A stretch of DNA of 26,690 nt from a virus (IMGVR_UViG_3300049187_000061:1-26690); one strand, 5' to 3'; counted from the stretch's first letter, positions 1 through 9,336 are shown. The notes: generated by a model from the sequence alone, not told the origin. Program-made: numbers and translations.

Positions 1-46
1 ACCCCCAAGCACCCCCTGCCCCCGGACGACACCCAGGAGCCGGACC

Positions 47-574
47 GTGGCTGACCAGGACACCCAGGGCAAGCACCCGGGCGGGCGCCCTACCACCTTC
101 ACCCCCGATGTCCTCCGCTACACCGAGGAGTACTTCGAGACCTACGAGGCCTGGTACGAATCCCCCGTCGAGACCCAGGACAAGCAAGGCAACGTCACCA
201 CCCGCATGGAGCGCCACCCCAACCCGCCCCCTTCCGTCCTCGACCTCCATAGGTACTTGAAAAACAAGGGGTTAACAGTTTCTCGCTGGTCTCTATACGA
301 TTGGTGCGACCTCGGAAAGCCTTCGGAAATCCCCGAGTTTTCCCAAATCATAAAAAAGGCCGCTGAGCGTCTCTATCCCGAAGTCCTCCAGGAGAACGCG
401 ATCATGGGTCGCTACTCCAACCCCTTCGCCATTTTCGCCGCCAAGAACCGCATGGGCTGGCACGATAAGCAGGAGGTGGACCACACCCACAAGGTGGAGC
501 CCCTGATCCTCCAGACCCTGGACGGCAAGCCGCTCATCACCCTCGGATCCGGCGTTGGAAATAAAGCTTCATAG
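47..574 (+). CDS. terS: Terminase small subunit (P22 gp3-like DNA-packaging protein)
   Basis: GTG start after AGGAG; N-terminal GGRPT motif; C-terminal AIFAAKNRMGWHDKQEVDH typical of gp3-like TerS; overlaps the large terminase gene. Confidence 0.85.
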   Translation: MADQDTQGKHPGGRPTTFTPDVLRYTEEYFETYEAWYESPVETQDKQGNVTTRMERHPNPPPSVLDLHRYLKNKGLTVSRWSLYDWCDLGKPSEIPEFSQIIKKAAERLYPEVLQENAIMGRYSNPFAIFAAKNRMGWHDKQEVDHTHKVEPLILQTLDGKPLITLGSGVGNKAS

Positions 575-1868
575 GTTCCAGCAGGACGCCCTGTTCTCCG
601 ACAAGCGGATCACCTCTCTTGTCGCCGGGAAGCAGGGGGGGAAAACCTTCATCGGCTCCATCTGGGCTCGCATGAAGGCCAGCCTGTTCAAGGAACCGAA
701 GGATTGCGGGATCATCACCGCACCCACCCACAAGATCCTAAAGCAGGCCACCCTCCCCCGACTTCTTCAGACCTTCGACGGCCTCGGGAAGTGGCGGGAG
801 TCCGACAGCATCTACGAGATGCGCAACGGTCAGCCCATCTACGTGCGCACCATGCACGACGTGAACACCATCGAGGGTATCACGCGATGCCGGTGGATCT
901 GGGGGGATGAGGCGGGCCAATACAAGGCCATGGCCTGGGACAACATCCAGGGTCGCGCCGCCCCGATGGAAGCGGACATCTTCCTCACTACCACCCCCTA
1001 CGCGCTCAATTGGCTTTACAAAGACCTCTACCGCCCCTGGAGCCAAGGGAAACGGGATGACGTGCGATTCGTCCAGTTCCGCAGCATCGACAACCCCTAC
1101 TTCCCGCCGGCCGAATATGAGCGCCTAAAGAAAATCATGGACCCCCGCATCTTCGCGATGCACTTCGAGGGGCGATTCCAGCAGATGGCGGGCCTGGTCT
1201 ATCCCGAAATAGATGAGGTCAAGAATTACGAGGACCCCTTCGGTCCCAACCCGCGGGACTACTTCATCTGCGCCGGGGTCGATTTTGGCTTCACCAACCC
1301 CTTTGCCGTTTCCATCCGCGCGATACACCGGAAGCAGGCGAGGGATTACCAGGTCGGGGAGTTCTACAAGACCGGCCTGCTCCTGGACGATATGGTCCGC
1401 ATCCTGGGGAAGATGCAAACCCAGCTTGGCGTCGAAGTCTTCTATGCAGACTCTGCCGAGCCCCGCACCATTGCCGACCTGTCCGCCCGCGGGATCCGCA
1501 TCGTCGGCGCTGCCAAGGGCCCCGATAGCTTGAAGAATGGGATTTCGGTGCATGGCGAGCTGATCCGCACCTGCGAGTACAAGATGTTCCGGGGCAAGTG
1601 CCCCCACACCGAGGACGAATACAGCACGTACCACTACCCCGAGGACAAGGGGCTGGAGATCAATTTCGCGGAGAATCCGGTGGATGCGAATAACCACCTG
1701 ATGAACGCGAATATGTACGTGTCCTCCATGACCAAGGAATTCCGCCGCAGCCGCGCAGAGCAGGCCGCGCCAGTCCTGGTGAAAAACGACCTGGAAGAAT
1801 TGCTCTCCGGGGAGTGGGCGCAAAAGACCTTTGGAAGGCAGGTTGGGGATGACTGGTACAACGGATAA
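555..1868 (+). CDS. terL: Terminase large subunit (PBSX/SPP1-like)
   Basis: Walker A AGKQGGKT, Walker B WIWGDEAG, coupling motif TTTP, DNPYF, nuclease motifs GVDFGFTNP and FYADSAEP, C-terminal NHLMNA. Confidence 0.95.
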   Translation: MEIKLHRFQQDALFSDKRITSLVAGKQGGKTFIGSIWARMKASLFKEPKDCGIITAPTHKILKQATLPRLLQTFDGLGKWRESDSIYEMRNGQPIYVRTMHDVNTIEGITRCRWIWGDEAGQYKAMAWDNIQGRAAPMEADIFLTTTPYALNWLYKDLYRPWSQGKRDDVRFVQFRSIDNPYFPPAEYERLKKIMDPRIFAMHFEGRFQQMAGLVYPEIDEVKNYEDPFGPNPRDYFICAGVDFGFTNPFAVSIRAIHRKQARDYQVGEFYKTGLLLDDMVRILGKMQTQLGVEVFYADSAEPRTIADLSARGIRIVGAAKGPDSLKNGISVHGELIRTCEYKMFRGKCPHTEDEYSTYHYPEDKGLEINFAENPVDANNHLMNANMYVSSMTKEFRRSRAEQAAPVLVKNDLEELLSGEWAQKTFGRQVGDDWYNG

Positions 1869-2178
1869 CGGCACCCCTGCAACCCCGTCCGGTGTAGCCT
1901 TAGCCATCCTCCGTAAGGACGGCCTTTTGGGCCTCTTCCTCTGCCTCCTCTGCTACTTCATCTGGGCGGATAAGAATGACGACCGGCAGGAGCGCGAGCG
2001 CACCGCAGCCTTCCAGAAGGAGATGTTCGATTCCCTGAGCGAGTCGCATAAGCGTGAGGGGCTGGTGACGACCCAGGCCATCGAAGCGATCCGGACCAAT
2101 ACTGCCTCCATCGACAACACCCGCAAGGCGCTCCTGTACGTCGAGCGGTTCCACCACCGCGCGGAGAGGGAGAACTGA
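1849..2178 (+). CDS. Holin-like single-TM protein with coiled-coil tail (BhlA/UviB-like architecture)
   Basis: One hydrophobic helix GLLGLFLCLLCYFIW followed by charged DKNDDRQERER; ATG at 1849 preferred over TTG at 1831. Confidence 0.5.
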   Translation: MTGTTDNGTPATPSGVALAILRKDGLLGLFLCLLCYFIWADKNDDRQERERTAAFQKEMFDSLSESHKREGLVTTQAIEAIRTNTASIDNTRKALLYVERFHHRAEREN

Positions 2179-2558
2179 TGCCGGCGTACCCCTATCGATG
2201 CCCCTGCGGCTATCACGGGGACGTGATCAAACCCATCAAGGATTGCGACTCCCCCGAGCCCTGCCCGAAGTGTACCGCGCTGATGGCTGTGGACTACTCG
2301 GACAAGGGCTGGGCCAAGCAGGGTGCCGTGGTGTTCAAGGGGCACTTCAATGCCTCCCTGGGTCAGTACATCGGCAGCAAGGCCGACATCCGCGAGGCCC
2401 AGAGCAAGATCGAGGACAAGACCGGCTCCCGTCCCGTCGAGATCGGGGACCAGAAGCCCAAGTACAACCCGCCGAAGCATGACGTGGACATGCGCGAGGT
2501 GCTGGCCTATGCGGAGAAGCTGCAAACCGATCGCGGGGAGACCGTGAACAATGGCTGA
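2178..2558 (+). CDS. FmdB-family zinc-ribbon protein
   Basis: MPxYxYRCxCG...PCPKC signature; TGATG coupling with upstream gene. Confidence 0.8.
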   Translation: MPAYPYRCPCGYHGDVIKPIKDCDSPEPCPKCTALMAVDYSDKGWAKQGAVVFKGHFNASLGQYIGSKADIREAQSKIEDKTGSRPVEIGDQKPKYNPPKHDVDMREVLAYAEKLQTDRGETVNNG

Positions 2559-2994
2559 CCCCGCAGCGGTTGGGCGGGCGATTATGGCTCAACCCAAAAA
2601 GGCGCCGCCAGCGTTCGACACGCCCTTGTCAGAGACCGAGCAACAGCTTTACGCCGATTGGCTAAAAAATGAATCGGAGCGCCGGGGTCGAGATCTAAGC
2701 AAGGATATCGAGGACTACGATCTCCAGGGGTACTGGAAGTCGGGTGCGGCAAAGGACACTACAACCAACGGGCATATGCCCGACACCTTTAAGAAGCCGA
2801 ACCACCCCACGTTTTCGGTTGAATCCCAATATCACGGAGCGGAAACGCCTGAAGGGATTGCTGCGGGTGGAAAATGGGAGGGCGATACCGTTTTTGTGCC
2901 TGGGCCCACGAACCTGAGCGTTCGGTCTTTTACGGATCTCCTGAAATATTTCGAAGCCTATGAACCTGGCGTCAAGCTCCGGAAGGAGAAGTAA
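2551..2994 (+). CDS. Hypothetical phage protein (DYDLxGYW / GHxPDxFKxPNHPTFS motifs)
   Basis: ORF overlapping both neighbours, globular-looking motifs; start could be ATG 2584. Confidence 0.65.
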   Translation: MADPAAVGRAIMAQPKKAPPAFDTPLSETEQQLYADWLKNESERRGRDLSKDIEDYDLQGYWKSGAAKDTTTNGHMPDTFKKPNHPTFSVESQYHGAETPEGIAAGGKWEGDTVFVPGPTNLSVRSFTDLLKYFEAYEPGVKLRKEK

Positions 2995-4892
2995 TGGCTG
3001 ACCCGAGACCCGCCGACCTCTACCTGGGCCCCAACAAGCCCGTGGACATGACCCAGGGCGCCCCTCCGCAGGCCGCGACCGATGATGAGCTGCGCGAGAT
3101 CAAGATGATCAAGGCGTGGCACCAGGAGGCGGACAATGCCCGCGAGCCCTACGCCAAGCAATGGGCGGAGCGGAAGAAGGCCTACAAAGGCAGGACCTGG
3201 CAGAATCAGAAGTCCAGCAACCAGAAGTCGCAGCCCGAGATGAACCTGATCCGGGTGGTGGTGCAGACCATCCTCCCCATCCTGACCGACGCGAACCCGG
3301 GCTTTGGTGTCCTGCCGAAGGACCCGACCGACCTGAAATTCGTGCAAATGCTCTCCGACTCCCTGGAGAACTTGTGGGATCGCCTTGGCATGCCCATCCG
3401 CATTATCGAGGTGCTGATGGATCAGTCCGTCCTCGACTGCGGCATCCTCAAGGTCTACTGGAACCCCGACCTGGAGGACGGGCGGGGGGATATCGACATC
3501 GAGGTTAAGGACCCGGAAAACATCTGGGTCAACAAGGGCGCCATCGACTTCGACCGCGAGTGCAAGTACGTGATCGAGCGGGTCAACAAGACCGTGGGCG
3601 AGTGGAAGCGCCTTTTCCCCCACAAAGCCAACCTGATCAAGGCCGACAGCACCTCCGAGCAGAAGCAGAAGGACGAGGCAGCCCGCCCCACCGCGGAAGT
3701 AACCCTCGTGTCCCCCGTGGACCAGGACAAGGGCAAGACCGCCGACCCCGGGAACCCTATTGGGGATGACAACGGCTATGCTGAGGGGTGGGAGGTCTGG
3801 TACCTGGACGATTCCGTGGAGGAGTACGAGATGGAGAAGCAGGAGCCGGGTATGCCGGAGAAGGGATACCGGAAGAAGTTCCCGAACGGCCACCTGACCA
3901 CGATTCTACCCCACCAGAAGATCGTCCTGCAGTCCACCCAGAACCCGAACGAGGGGCCGAACTTCAATCCCTACGTCCGCTTCGTGGATACTGTCATGCC
4001 CCGCGACTTCTACGGCGAGGGCCTGGTCGAGTCCCTGATGGACATCCAGAAGATGCTCAACAAGGTCGCTCAGACCATCGCCGAGTACCTGCGGCTGATG
4101 TGCAACCCCATCTGGATTATCGACAAGAATTCCGGGGTCAAGCCCGACCAGATCACCAACAAAGTCGGCCTGGTTATCCAGAAGGAGCCGGGGACCGAGG
4201 TCCGCCGTGACTTCCCGCAGCCCATTCCGAACTACGTGTTCGAATTCTTCCGCCTGCTCCAGCAGTTCGGGGATACGGCTGCCGGCGTCCATGACGTGAC
4301 CCAGGGGCGGAAGCCCGCCGGCATCACCGCCGCCGAGGCAATCGACTCCCTGCAGGAAGCGGCCCATACCCGGGTGCGCCTGAAAGAGCGGAATATGACC
4401 GTGAGCCTATCCAAGCTGGGCCGACTGACCATCGCGATCATGCTCCAGCGATACCGGGCGGCTAGGTACCAGCGCGTGGCCGGCAACGACGCCGAGCCCC
4501 CGACCTTTGTGGAGTTCTCGATCGATGAAGTCCAGGACCCGAGCGGCCAGCCCGGCAACAAGCTGGAAATCAAACGCCGGAGCTACGTCTTCGACCCGAA
4601 AACCCAGCAGTATGTCCCGTCCCCGCTGGAGACCGCGCAGGCCGTCAAAAGCCTGTTCGACGTGAAGGTCCAGGCCGGTACCGCCATGCCCTTCGCGAAG
4701 GCTCAGAGGGGCAACTTGGCCCTCAAGCTCTACCAGGACAAAGCCATCGACCAAAAGGCCCTTCTCGAAACCTTGGAATGGCCCAAGGCGGAGGAGGTTC
4801 TCGGCCGGATGGAGCAAAAAGCCCTGCAGGAAGCGCAGGCAGCGATGAACCCGGCGGGAGCCCCGCCTCAATCCGCGGCCTTAGCCGCATAG
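2994..4892 (+). CDS. Portal protein (P22-like)
   Basis: 632 aa between terminase and scaffold/capsid; portal-like motifs N-L-I-R, G-I-L-K-V-Y-W, FYGEGLVESLMDIQKMLNK, AGVHDVTQG, FDVKVQAG. Confidence 0.9.
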   Translation: MADPRPADLYLGPNKPVDMTQGAPPQAATDDELREIKMIKAWHQEADNAREPYAKQWAERKKAYKGRTWQNQKSSNQKSQPEMNLIRVVVQTILPILTDANPGFGVLPKDPTDLKFVQMLSDSLENLWDRLGMPIRIIEVLMDQSVLDCGILKVYWNPDLEDGRGDIDIEVKDPENIWVNKGAIDFDRECKYVIERVNKTVGEWKRLFPHKANLIKADSTSEQKQKDEAARPTAEVTLVSPVDQDKGKTADPGNPIGDDNGYAEGWEVWYLDDSVEEYEMEKQEPGMPEKGYRKKFPNGHLTTILPHQKIVLQSTQNPNEGPNFNPYVRFVDTVMPRDFYGEGLVESLMDIQKMLNKVAQTIAEYLRLMCNPIWIIDKNSGVKPDQITNKVGLVIQKEPGTEVRRDFPQPIPNYVFEFFRLLQQFGDTAAGVHDVTQGRKPAGITAAEAIDSLQEAAHTRVRLKERNMTVSLSKLGRLTIAIMLQRYRAARYQRVAGNDAEPPTFVEFSIDEVQDPSGQPGNKLEIKRRSYVFDPKTQQYVPSPLETAQAVKSLFDVKVQAGTAMPFAKAQRGNLALKLYQDKAIDQKALLETLEWPKAEEVLGRMEQKALQEAQAAMNPAGAPPQSAALAA

Positions 4893-4900
4893 GAGACGAT

Positions 4901-5284
4901 ATGGCCAACCCCGATGCCGTGATGCGCGCCGCGCAGAAGCCCCCGATGCCCTCCGGAGCCCCGATGGGAGGCGGAATGCCGCCTGAAATGCCCCCGAAAT
5001 CTCCGGATGGGGCTGGAGCCCCGCCCATGGCCGGCAAGCCGCCCGAAGCCGGCCAGGGCATGGACGGCATGGTCGAGAACCTGAAGGGCGTAGGCGAGTT
5101 CCTGCAGGCCCAGGGGCCCGCGGCCCAGGAGGCGATGGGGCATTTCCAGGCCCTCCTCCAGTCCATGGCCAAGCTGAGTGGTGGGGAGGCTCCGCAGGGC
5201 GGCGCGCCCATGCCGCTCTCGAAGAACGGCGACGGCCCCGGCCGGATCCACGAGTCCCGTGCCCCGGGCGTCCAGGTCCTTTGA
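4901..5284 (+). CDS. Hypothetical Pro/Gly/Met-rich protein
   Basis: ATG at 4901 after AGGAG that overlaps the portal stop; low-complexity protein in the usual post-portal position. Confidence 0.7.
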   Translation: MANPDAVMRAAQKPPMPSGAPMGGGMPPEMPPKSPDGAGAPPMAGKPPEAGQGMDGMVENLKGVGEFLQAQGPAAQEAMGHFQALLQSMAKLSGGEAPQGGAPMPLSKNGDGPGRIHESRAPGVQVL

Positions 5285-5353
5285 GGAGCGGTCTTTTAGT
5301 GCTTGAAACCTCATGTACCACATCACATCTTAATCGCAATACAAGGAGCGTTC

Positions 5354-5578
5354 ATGGCTTCCAATGGAATCGACTTCACCGGTAACGGGGCGGATGACGC
5401 CTCCAACGCCAATCCCCGCACCCAGAGTTTCGCCAACCGTGGGGCCCAGGGCCCAATCAACATGACTGGCGATGGCGGCTCGGACGTGGGCGGCACCATC
5501 GGCATGAATGACCCCTCTGGCGACATGCCCCCCAAGGGTGGCGGTGTGGAATTCACCGGCGACGTGGGGCACGAGTAG
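5354..5578 (+). CDS. Hypothetical Gly/Asp-rich small protein
   Basis: AAGGAG RBS before ATG 5354; three (I/V)x(F/M)TG(N/D) motifs; codon usage like neighbours. Confidence 0.7.
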   Translation: MASNGIDFTGNGADDASNANPRTQSFANRGAQGPINMTGDGGSDVGGTIGMNDPSGDMPPKGGGVEFTGDVGHE

Positions 5579-5579
5579 C

Positions 5580-6416
5580 ATGACCATAGCCAACGGAAAT
5601 CCGTCCGACGACGAAATCCTCGGCTCCCTTTCCCAACCCTCCCCTGGAACCCCGGAGGAGCCGGCCGCCGCCGCTCCTGCGGAAGCCCCGGCCCCGGTCG
5701 AGCAGCCGTTCGACCCGAGCGCATGGAGCTACAAGTTCCGCAACGAAACGGTCCACCCGAAGGACCGGAACGACATGACCGAGCTGTTGCAGCTTGGCCA
5801 CTCTTATCGGGTCAACAAGCCGAAGTGGGAGAAGGATCAGCAGACCCTTCAAGCATACGAGGCCCGCAAAGCGGACTACCAGCGGTACGACCAGCTTTCG
5901 GAAGCTCTCAAGGCGAACCCGGCCTTTCAATCCGAACTTGAACAACTGGCACAAAAATACAGCGGCCAGCCCTCCCAGCCTGCGCAACCCGCCAACCTGG
6001 CGGAGGACCCGCGGCTCAAGCAATTCGAGGAGTTCATCGAGCAGCAACGGCAACGCGAGGCCGATACCGAACTGGCCCGCGAGCTGGACGAGCTTGAGAA
6101 GACCGAGGCGCGCTTCGACTGGAAATCCGATTCCGGCGAAGGCAACTTACGCAATCAGCTTCTCAGGTACATGAGCGAGAACAAGATCTATAACGCCCGG
6201 GTGGCGTTCCGCGACATGAAGTGGAACGAGGCCCAGGAAAAGAAAGAGTTCGAAGCCCGCCGCAAGGCCGAGGAGGACGCCGCCCGAGCCCGCAAGCTCG
6301 GTACCGTCGCACCCGGTACCGCCCCGGCGCCGTCCGCCCAGCCGAAGCCGATCGACTACCGGAACGCCTCCTATGAACAGCTTGAGCAGATGGCCGTGGA
6401 GAGCTTGGGTCGATAG
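5580..6416 (+). CDS. Capsid scaffolding protein
   Basis: ATG 5580; acidic Pro-rich N-terminus, long helical Glu/Gln-rich body, immediately upstream of the major capsid gene. Confidence 0.8.
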   Translation: MTIANGNPSDDEILGSLSQPSPGTPEEPAAAAPAEAPAPVEQPFDPSAWSYKFRNETVHPKDRNDMTELLQLGHSYRVNKPKWEKDQQTLQAYEARKADYQRYDQLSEALKANPAFQSELEQLAQKYSGQPSQPAQPANLAEDPRLKQFEEFIEQQRQREADTELARELDELEKTEARFDWKSDSGEGNLRNQLLRYMSENKIYNARVAFRDMKWNEAQEKKEFEARRKAEEDAARARKLGTVAPGTAPAPSAQPKPIDYRNASYEQLEQMAVESLGR

Positions 6417-6428
6417 GAGAATTTCAAA

Positions 6429-7349
6429 ATGCCTTTGACTAACAGCGATATCGACTCGATTACGCGTCGGTACTTCCACCCGAAGATGCAGGACAACATC
6501 TTCGCCTCCAACGCCGGCCTCCAGCGGGCGAAGAAGAAGTGGTACGGGTCCCTGGACGGCGGCACCAAATTCGTCGTTCCCCTCGCCTACGCGACCAACA
6601 CGTCGGTCACCCGCTATACCGGCGGCACCTTGAATGTGACCTCCAACAGCAAGAAGACCTCGGCCGAATTCGAGTGGAAGCGCTACAACGCTGCCATCGT
6701 GATCGACGGCCTGGACGAGCTGAAGAATTCCGGCGACAAGGCCGTGATTTCGCACGTCCGTTCCGAGGTCCAGCTCGCGGAGAAGTCCCTGGCCGACGCC
6801 TTGGGAACCGACCTGTTCTCCAACGCGACCGGCACCTCCACGGACGGAATCATCGGCTTCAAGTCGATGGTTCTCAACTCCGGGACCTACGGCATCATCG
6901 CCCGTTCCTCCAATTCCTGGTGGAACGCCCAGGTGGATTCGACCACCACCACCCTCTCCCTCACGAAGATGCAGGCCCTGTTCGGCGACTGCACCGTGGA
7001 CAACGACAAGCCCACGGTGATCTTCACCACCCAGGACTCCTACGACGACCTGTACGGGCTCATCCAGCCCCAGCAGCGTTTCGGGGATGAGGAGACCATC
7101 AAGGCCGGCTTCCTCAACATCCTGTGGAACGGCGTGCCGGTGATCGTGGACTCCCACGTCTCTTCCGGGTACCTGTACATGATCAACGAGCGGTACGTGA
7201 TGCTGAAGCACCACAAGGACCGCAACTTCGTCCTTACCCCGTTCCAGCAGCCCACCAACGAGGACGCGAGTTACGCCCACGTCCGTTGGGCTGGAATGCT
7301 CGCCGGAAACAACTGCCGCATGCAGGGCGTCATGACTGCGCTCACCTAA
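6429..7349 (+). CDS. Major capsid protein (HK97 fold)
   Basis: Strong AGGAG RBS, highly biased codons, motifs DNIF, AEFEWK, GIIGFKSMV, YGIIARSSNSWW, AGFLNILWNGVPVIVD, NCRMQGV. Confidence 0.9.
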   Translation: MPLTNSDIDSITRRYFHPKMQDNIFASNAGLQRAKKKWYGSLDGGTKFVVPLAYATNTSVTRYTGGTLNVTSNSKKTSAEFEWKRYNAAIVIDGLDELKNSGDKAVISHVRSEVQLAEKSLADALGTDLFSNATGTSTDGIIGFKSMVLNSGTYGIIARSSNSWWNAQVDSTTTTLSLTKMQALFGDCTVDNDKPTVIFTTQDSYDDLYGLIQPQQRFGDEETIKAGFLNILWNGVPVIVDSHVSSGYLYMINERYVMLKHHKDRNFVLTPFQQPTNEDASYAHVRWAGMLAGNNCRMQGVMTALT

Positions 7350-7366
7350 GAGGAAAAGGAAAAAAC

Positions 7367-7852
7367 ATGGCAGGCATCGGCTATACCCAGGTTCTGACGC
7401 GGGGCATCTCCCACGTCACCGCGACCCCGACCAACAAGCTCGGGGACCGCGTTCTCTTCGACGGCGGCGACTACGTGTACGTCCTCAATCGCTCCTCCGA
7501 CCTCACGGCCAAGGTGGGCTATGCGATGGTCGTGAGCAACAACACGGACTATTCGTGCGTCATCTCCGGGACCACCAACATCGGCGCCGTTGTCGGCGTG
7601 GTTCATCACACCGACATCCCGGTCAACGAATACGGCTGGATCCTCTCCCGAGGCATCGGCTATATCGCGGCGGGCAACAACACTGGCCTCGCGGTGAACG
7701 ACATGGTGGTGTTCGTCGGTACGAGCAATACCGGCAACCTCTCCCGGCTCCAGCAGCAGACCGTCTATTCCAACAGCCCGACCCCCAGGATCCACGGCGT
7801 GGTGATGGTGGCGACCGGGACCGGCGGAATCGGCGAGGCCCTTTACTTCTAG
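7367..7852 (+). CDS. Capsid decoration/cement protein
   Basis: ATG 7367 after AAGGA; directly follows MCP; LGDR...YVYV, VGVV..DIP..EYGWI..RG beta-rich pattern of post-capsid decoration proteins. Confidence 0.65.
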   Translation: MAGIGYTQVLTRGISHVTATPTNKLGDRVLFDGGDYVYVLNRSSDLTAKVGYAMVVSNNTDYSCVISGTTNIGAVVGVVHHTDIPVNEYGWILSRGIGYIAAGNNTGLAVNDMVVFVGTSNTGNLSRLQQQTVYSNSPTPRIHGVVMVATGTGGIGEALYF

Positions 7853-7878
7853 GAGGCTCCTATTTCCGAAGCGACTCT

Positions 7879-7909
7879 GGCGGCTCCGATCAACGGATCG
7901 GAGTCCGCC
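7879..7909 (+). terminator. GC-rich hairpin after the capsid/decoration genes (attenuator or mRNA stabiliser; no U-tract)
   Basis: GGCGG-CTCCGATC-aacg-GATCGGAG-t-CCGCC. Confidence 0.5.
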
Positions 7910-7927
7910 CACCCGGAGACCGAGAAC

Positions 7928-9064
7928 GTGAACCCTGTGAATCCTCCCGCCCCTCAGGCGGTGTATGTGTCGCGGGTCAACGGACAGGCATTCGAATCCC
8001 AGGAAGCCTTGCAGGCGCACTATGCGCAATGCAAGTACCTTCCCGAGGGGGCGATCGTCCTGTACCCGGAGTTTCAGAGCTACATCCCCGCTCCTCCCGC
8101 AAGGAAAGAGGATCTGCGGGCAACGTACTCTCGGAACGACGAGATCACGGTCAATTCCTGGCTGCCGGAGTGGCGCGGAAACAAGAAAGCCAACTGGCAG
8201 GCTTTTGACGTTCCCGGTAATTCGGTCCTGACCCAGCATGCGAAATGGGCCTACAAGCCCGTGATCATCGCCGGAGCGGGACCGTCTCTCAAGCGGAACG
8301 CGCATCACCTGTTGAAGCGTGGGGGCATGGGGCTTGTTTCCTGCCTCCACAACTTCGGCTTTTTCCATGACCTTGGAGTCAAGCCCGACTACTACCTGAA
8401 CCTTGACGCGGGAGACATCACGATCCCGGAGATGGCACAGGGTGGGAAGCGGGACGAGGAGTACTACTGGGAGGCATCCAAGGATTACACCCTGGTCACC
8501 GCCCTCCATTGCAATCCGAAGCTCCACAAGAAGTGGAAGGGCAAGATCCTTTGGTACGACACCTACCTCCAGGGGCTGAACGAGGCCCTGGAGGCTGAGT
8601 GTCCAGGGATCTCGGACTTCCGCATGTACTTCCAGACCGGCGGGAATACCCTCGGCGCCTGTCACTACATGGCCAAGGCCATTCTCGGGGCGTCTCCGCT
8701 GGTCTTTGTCGGGGCGGACTTCAGCTTCTCCTACGATAAGAAATTCCACCCCTTCGACACCCCCTACGACAAGCAGTTTGCGGGCGTGGTCCCCTGCCAT
8801 GACGTTTTCGGGAACAAGGTGGCGACTTGGCCGAGCTATTTCGGGTTCAAGGCGTGGTTCGAATGCCAGGCCCTCGGCGGCCAGGGGAATACGCCCGGCA
8901 CCTACATCAACTGCACCGAGGGCGGAATCCTGGGAGCCTATGCGGACGGCAATATCATGCAGATTGCCCAACGCAAGCTCTTGGATGTCATAACCGAATA
9001 CACCCTGCATGAGATGCTACCCGGCCTGGTCGCGGATAAATCCCGCATCATGCTGCTGTACTAG
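7928..9064 (+). CDS. Maf/DUF115 (MptE-like) family protein, putative CMP-nonulosonate glycosyltransferase
   Basis: PVIIAGAGPSL, GVKPDYYLNLDA, GGNT..A...A..ILGASPLVFVGADFSF and YINCTEGG motifs characteristic of motility-associated factor/DUF115 proteins. Confidence 0.8.
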   Translation: MNPVNPPAPQAVYVSRVNGQAFESQEALQAHYAQCKYLPEGAIVLYPEFQSYIPAPPARKEDLRATYSRNDEITVNSWLPEWRGNKKANWQAFDVPGNSVLTQHAKWAYKPVIIAGAGPSLKRNAHHLLKRGGMGLVSCLHNFGFFHDLGVKPDYYLNLDAGDITIPEMAQGGKRDEEYYWEASKDYTLVTALHCNPKLHKKWKGKILWYDTYLQGLNEALEAECPGISDFRMYFQTGGNTLGACHYMAKAILGASPLVFVGADFSFSYDKKFHPFDTPYDKQFAGVVPCHDVFGNKVATWPSYFGFKAWFECQALGGQGNTPGTYINCTEGGILGAYADGNIMQIAQRKLLDVITEYTLHEMLPGLVADKSRIMLLY

Positions 9065-9075
9065 GGAGACTGCAC

Positions 9076-9336
9076 ATGGCAAATTCATTCGCGCCCGACT
9101 CGAAAGCTGATCCGGCAACCGTCTGCGGAAACCTCCGCATGGTGATCGGCGTCCTGACCATGGGCGACGGCGGCGCCGGCCTCGCGGCCACCTGCTCGCT
9201 TGACAGCATCTGCGGCGGCACCCTGACGCCCCGCGCTGCCGCCAACGGCTCCGCCCTCACCTTCGTGAGCGGCGGGTTTAAGGCAGGCACCGCGACCTCC
9301 GGTGACACCTTCAACGTCGTTCTGTTCGGGACCTAA
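9076..9336 (+). CDS. Small Gly/Ala/Thr-rich putative virion protein
   Basis: GGGAG RBS; GNLRMVIG and SGDTFNVVLFG beta-strand pattern. Confidence 0.65.
   Translation: MANSFAPDSKADPATVCGNLRMVIGVLTMGDGGAGLAATCSLDSICGGTLTPRAAANGSALTFVSGGFKAGTATSGDTFNVVLFGT

Noticed and set aside
5303-5334. Promoter upstream of the scaffold/capsid genes (TTGAAA then CATCTT)
   Set aside because: AT-rich gap is suggestive but the -10 match is weak; not supportable without TSS data.
7346-9010. Long minus-strand ORFs (554 aa here; also 2958-3893, 6147-7280, 14540-15535, 17861-18919, 23478-24593)
   Set aside because: Antisense shadows of GC-rich, codon-biased plus-strand genes; no motifs or RBS.
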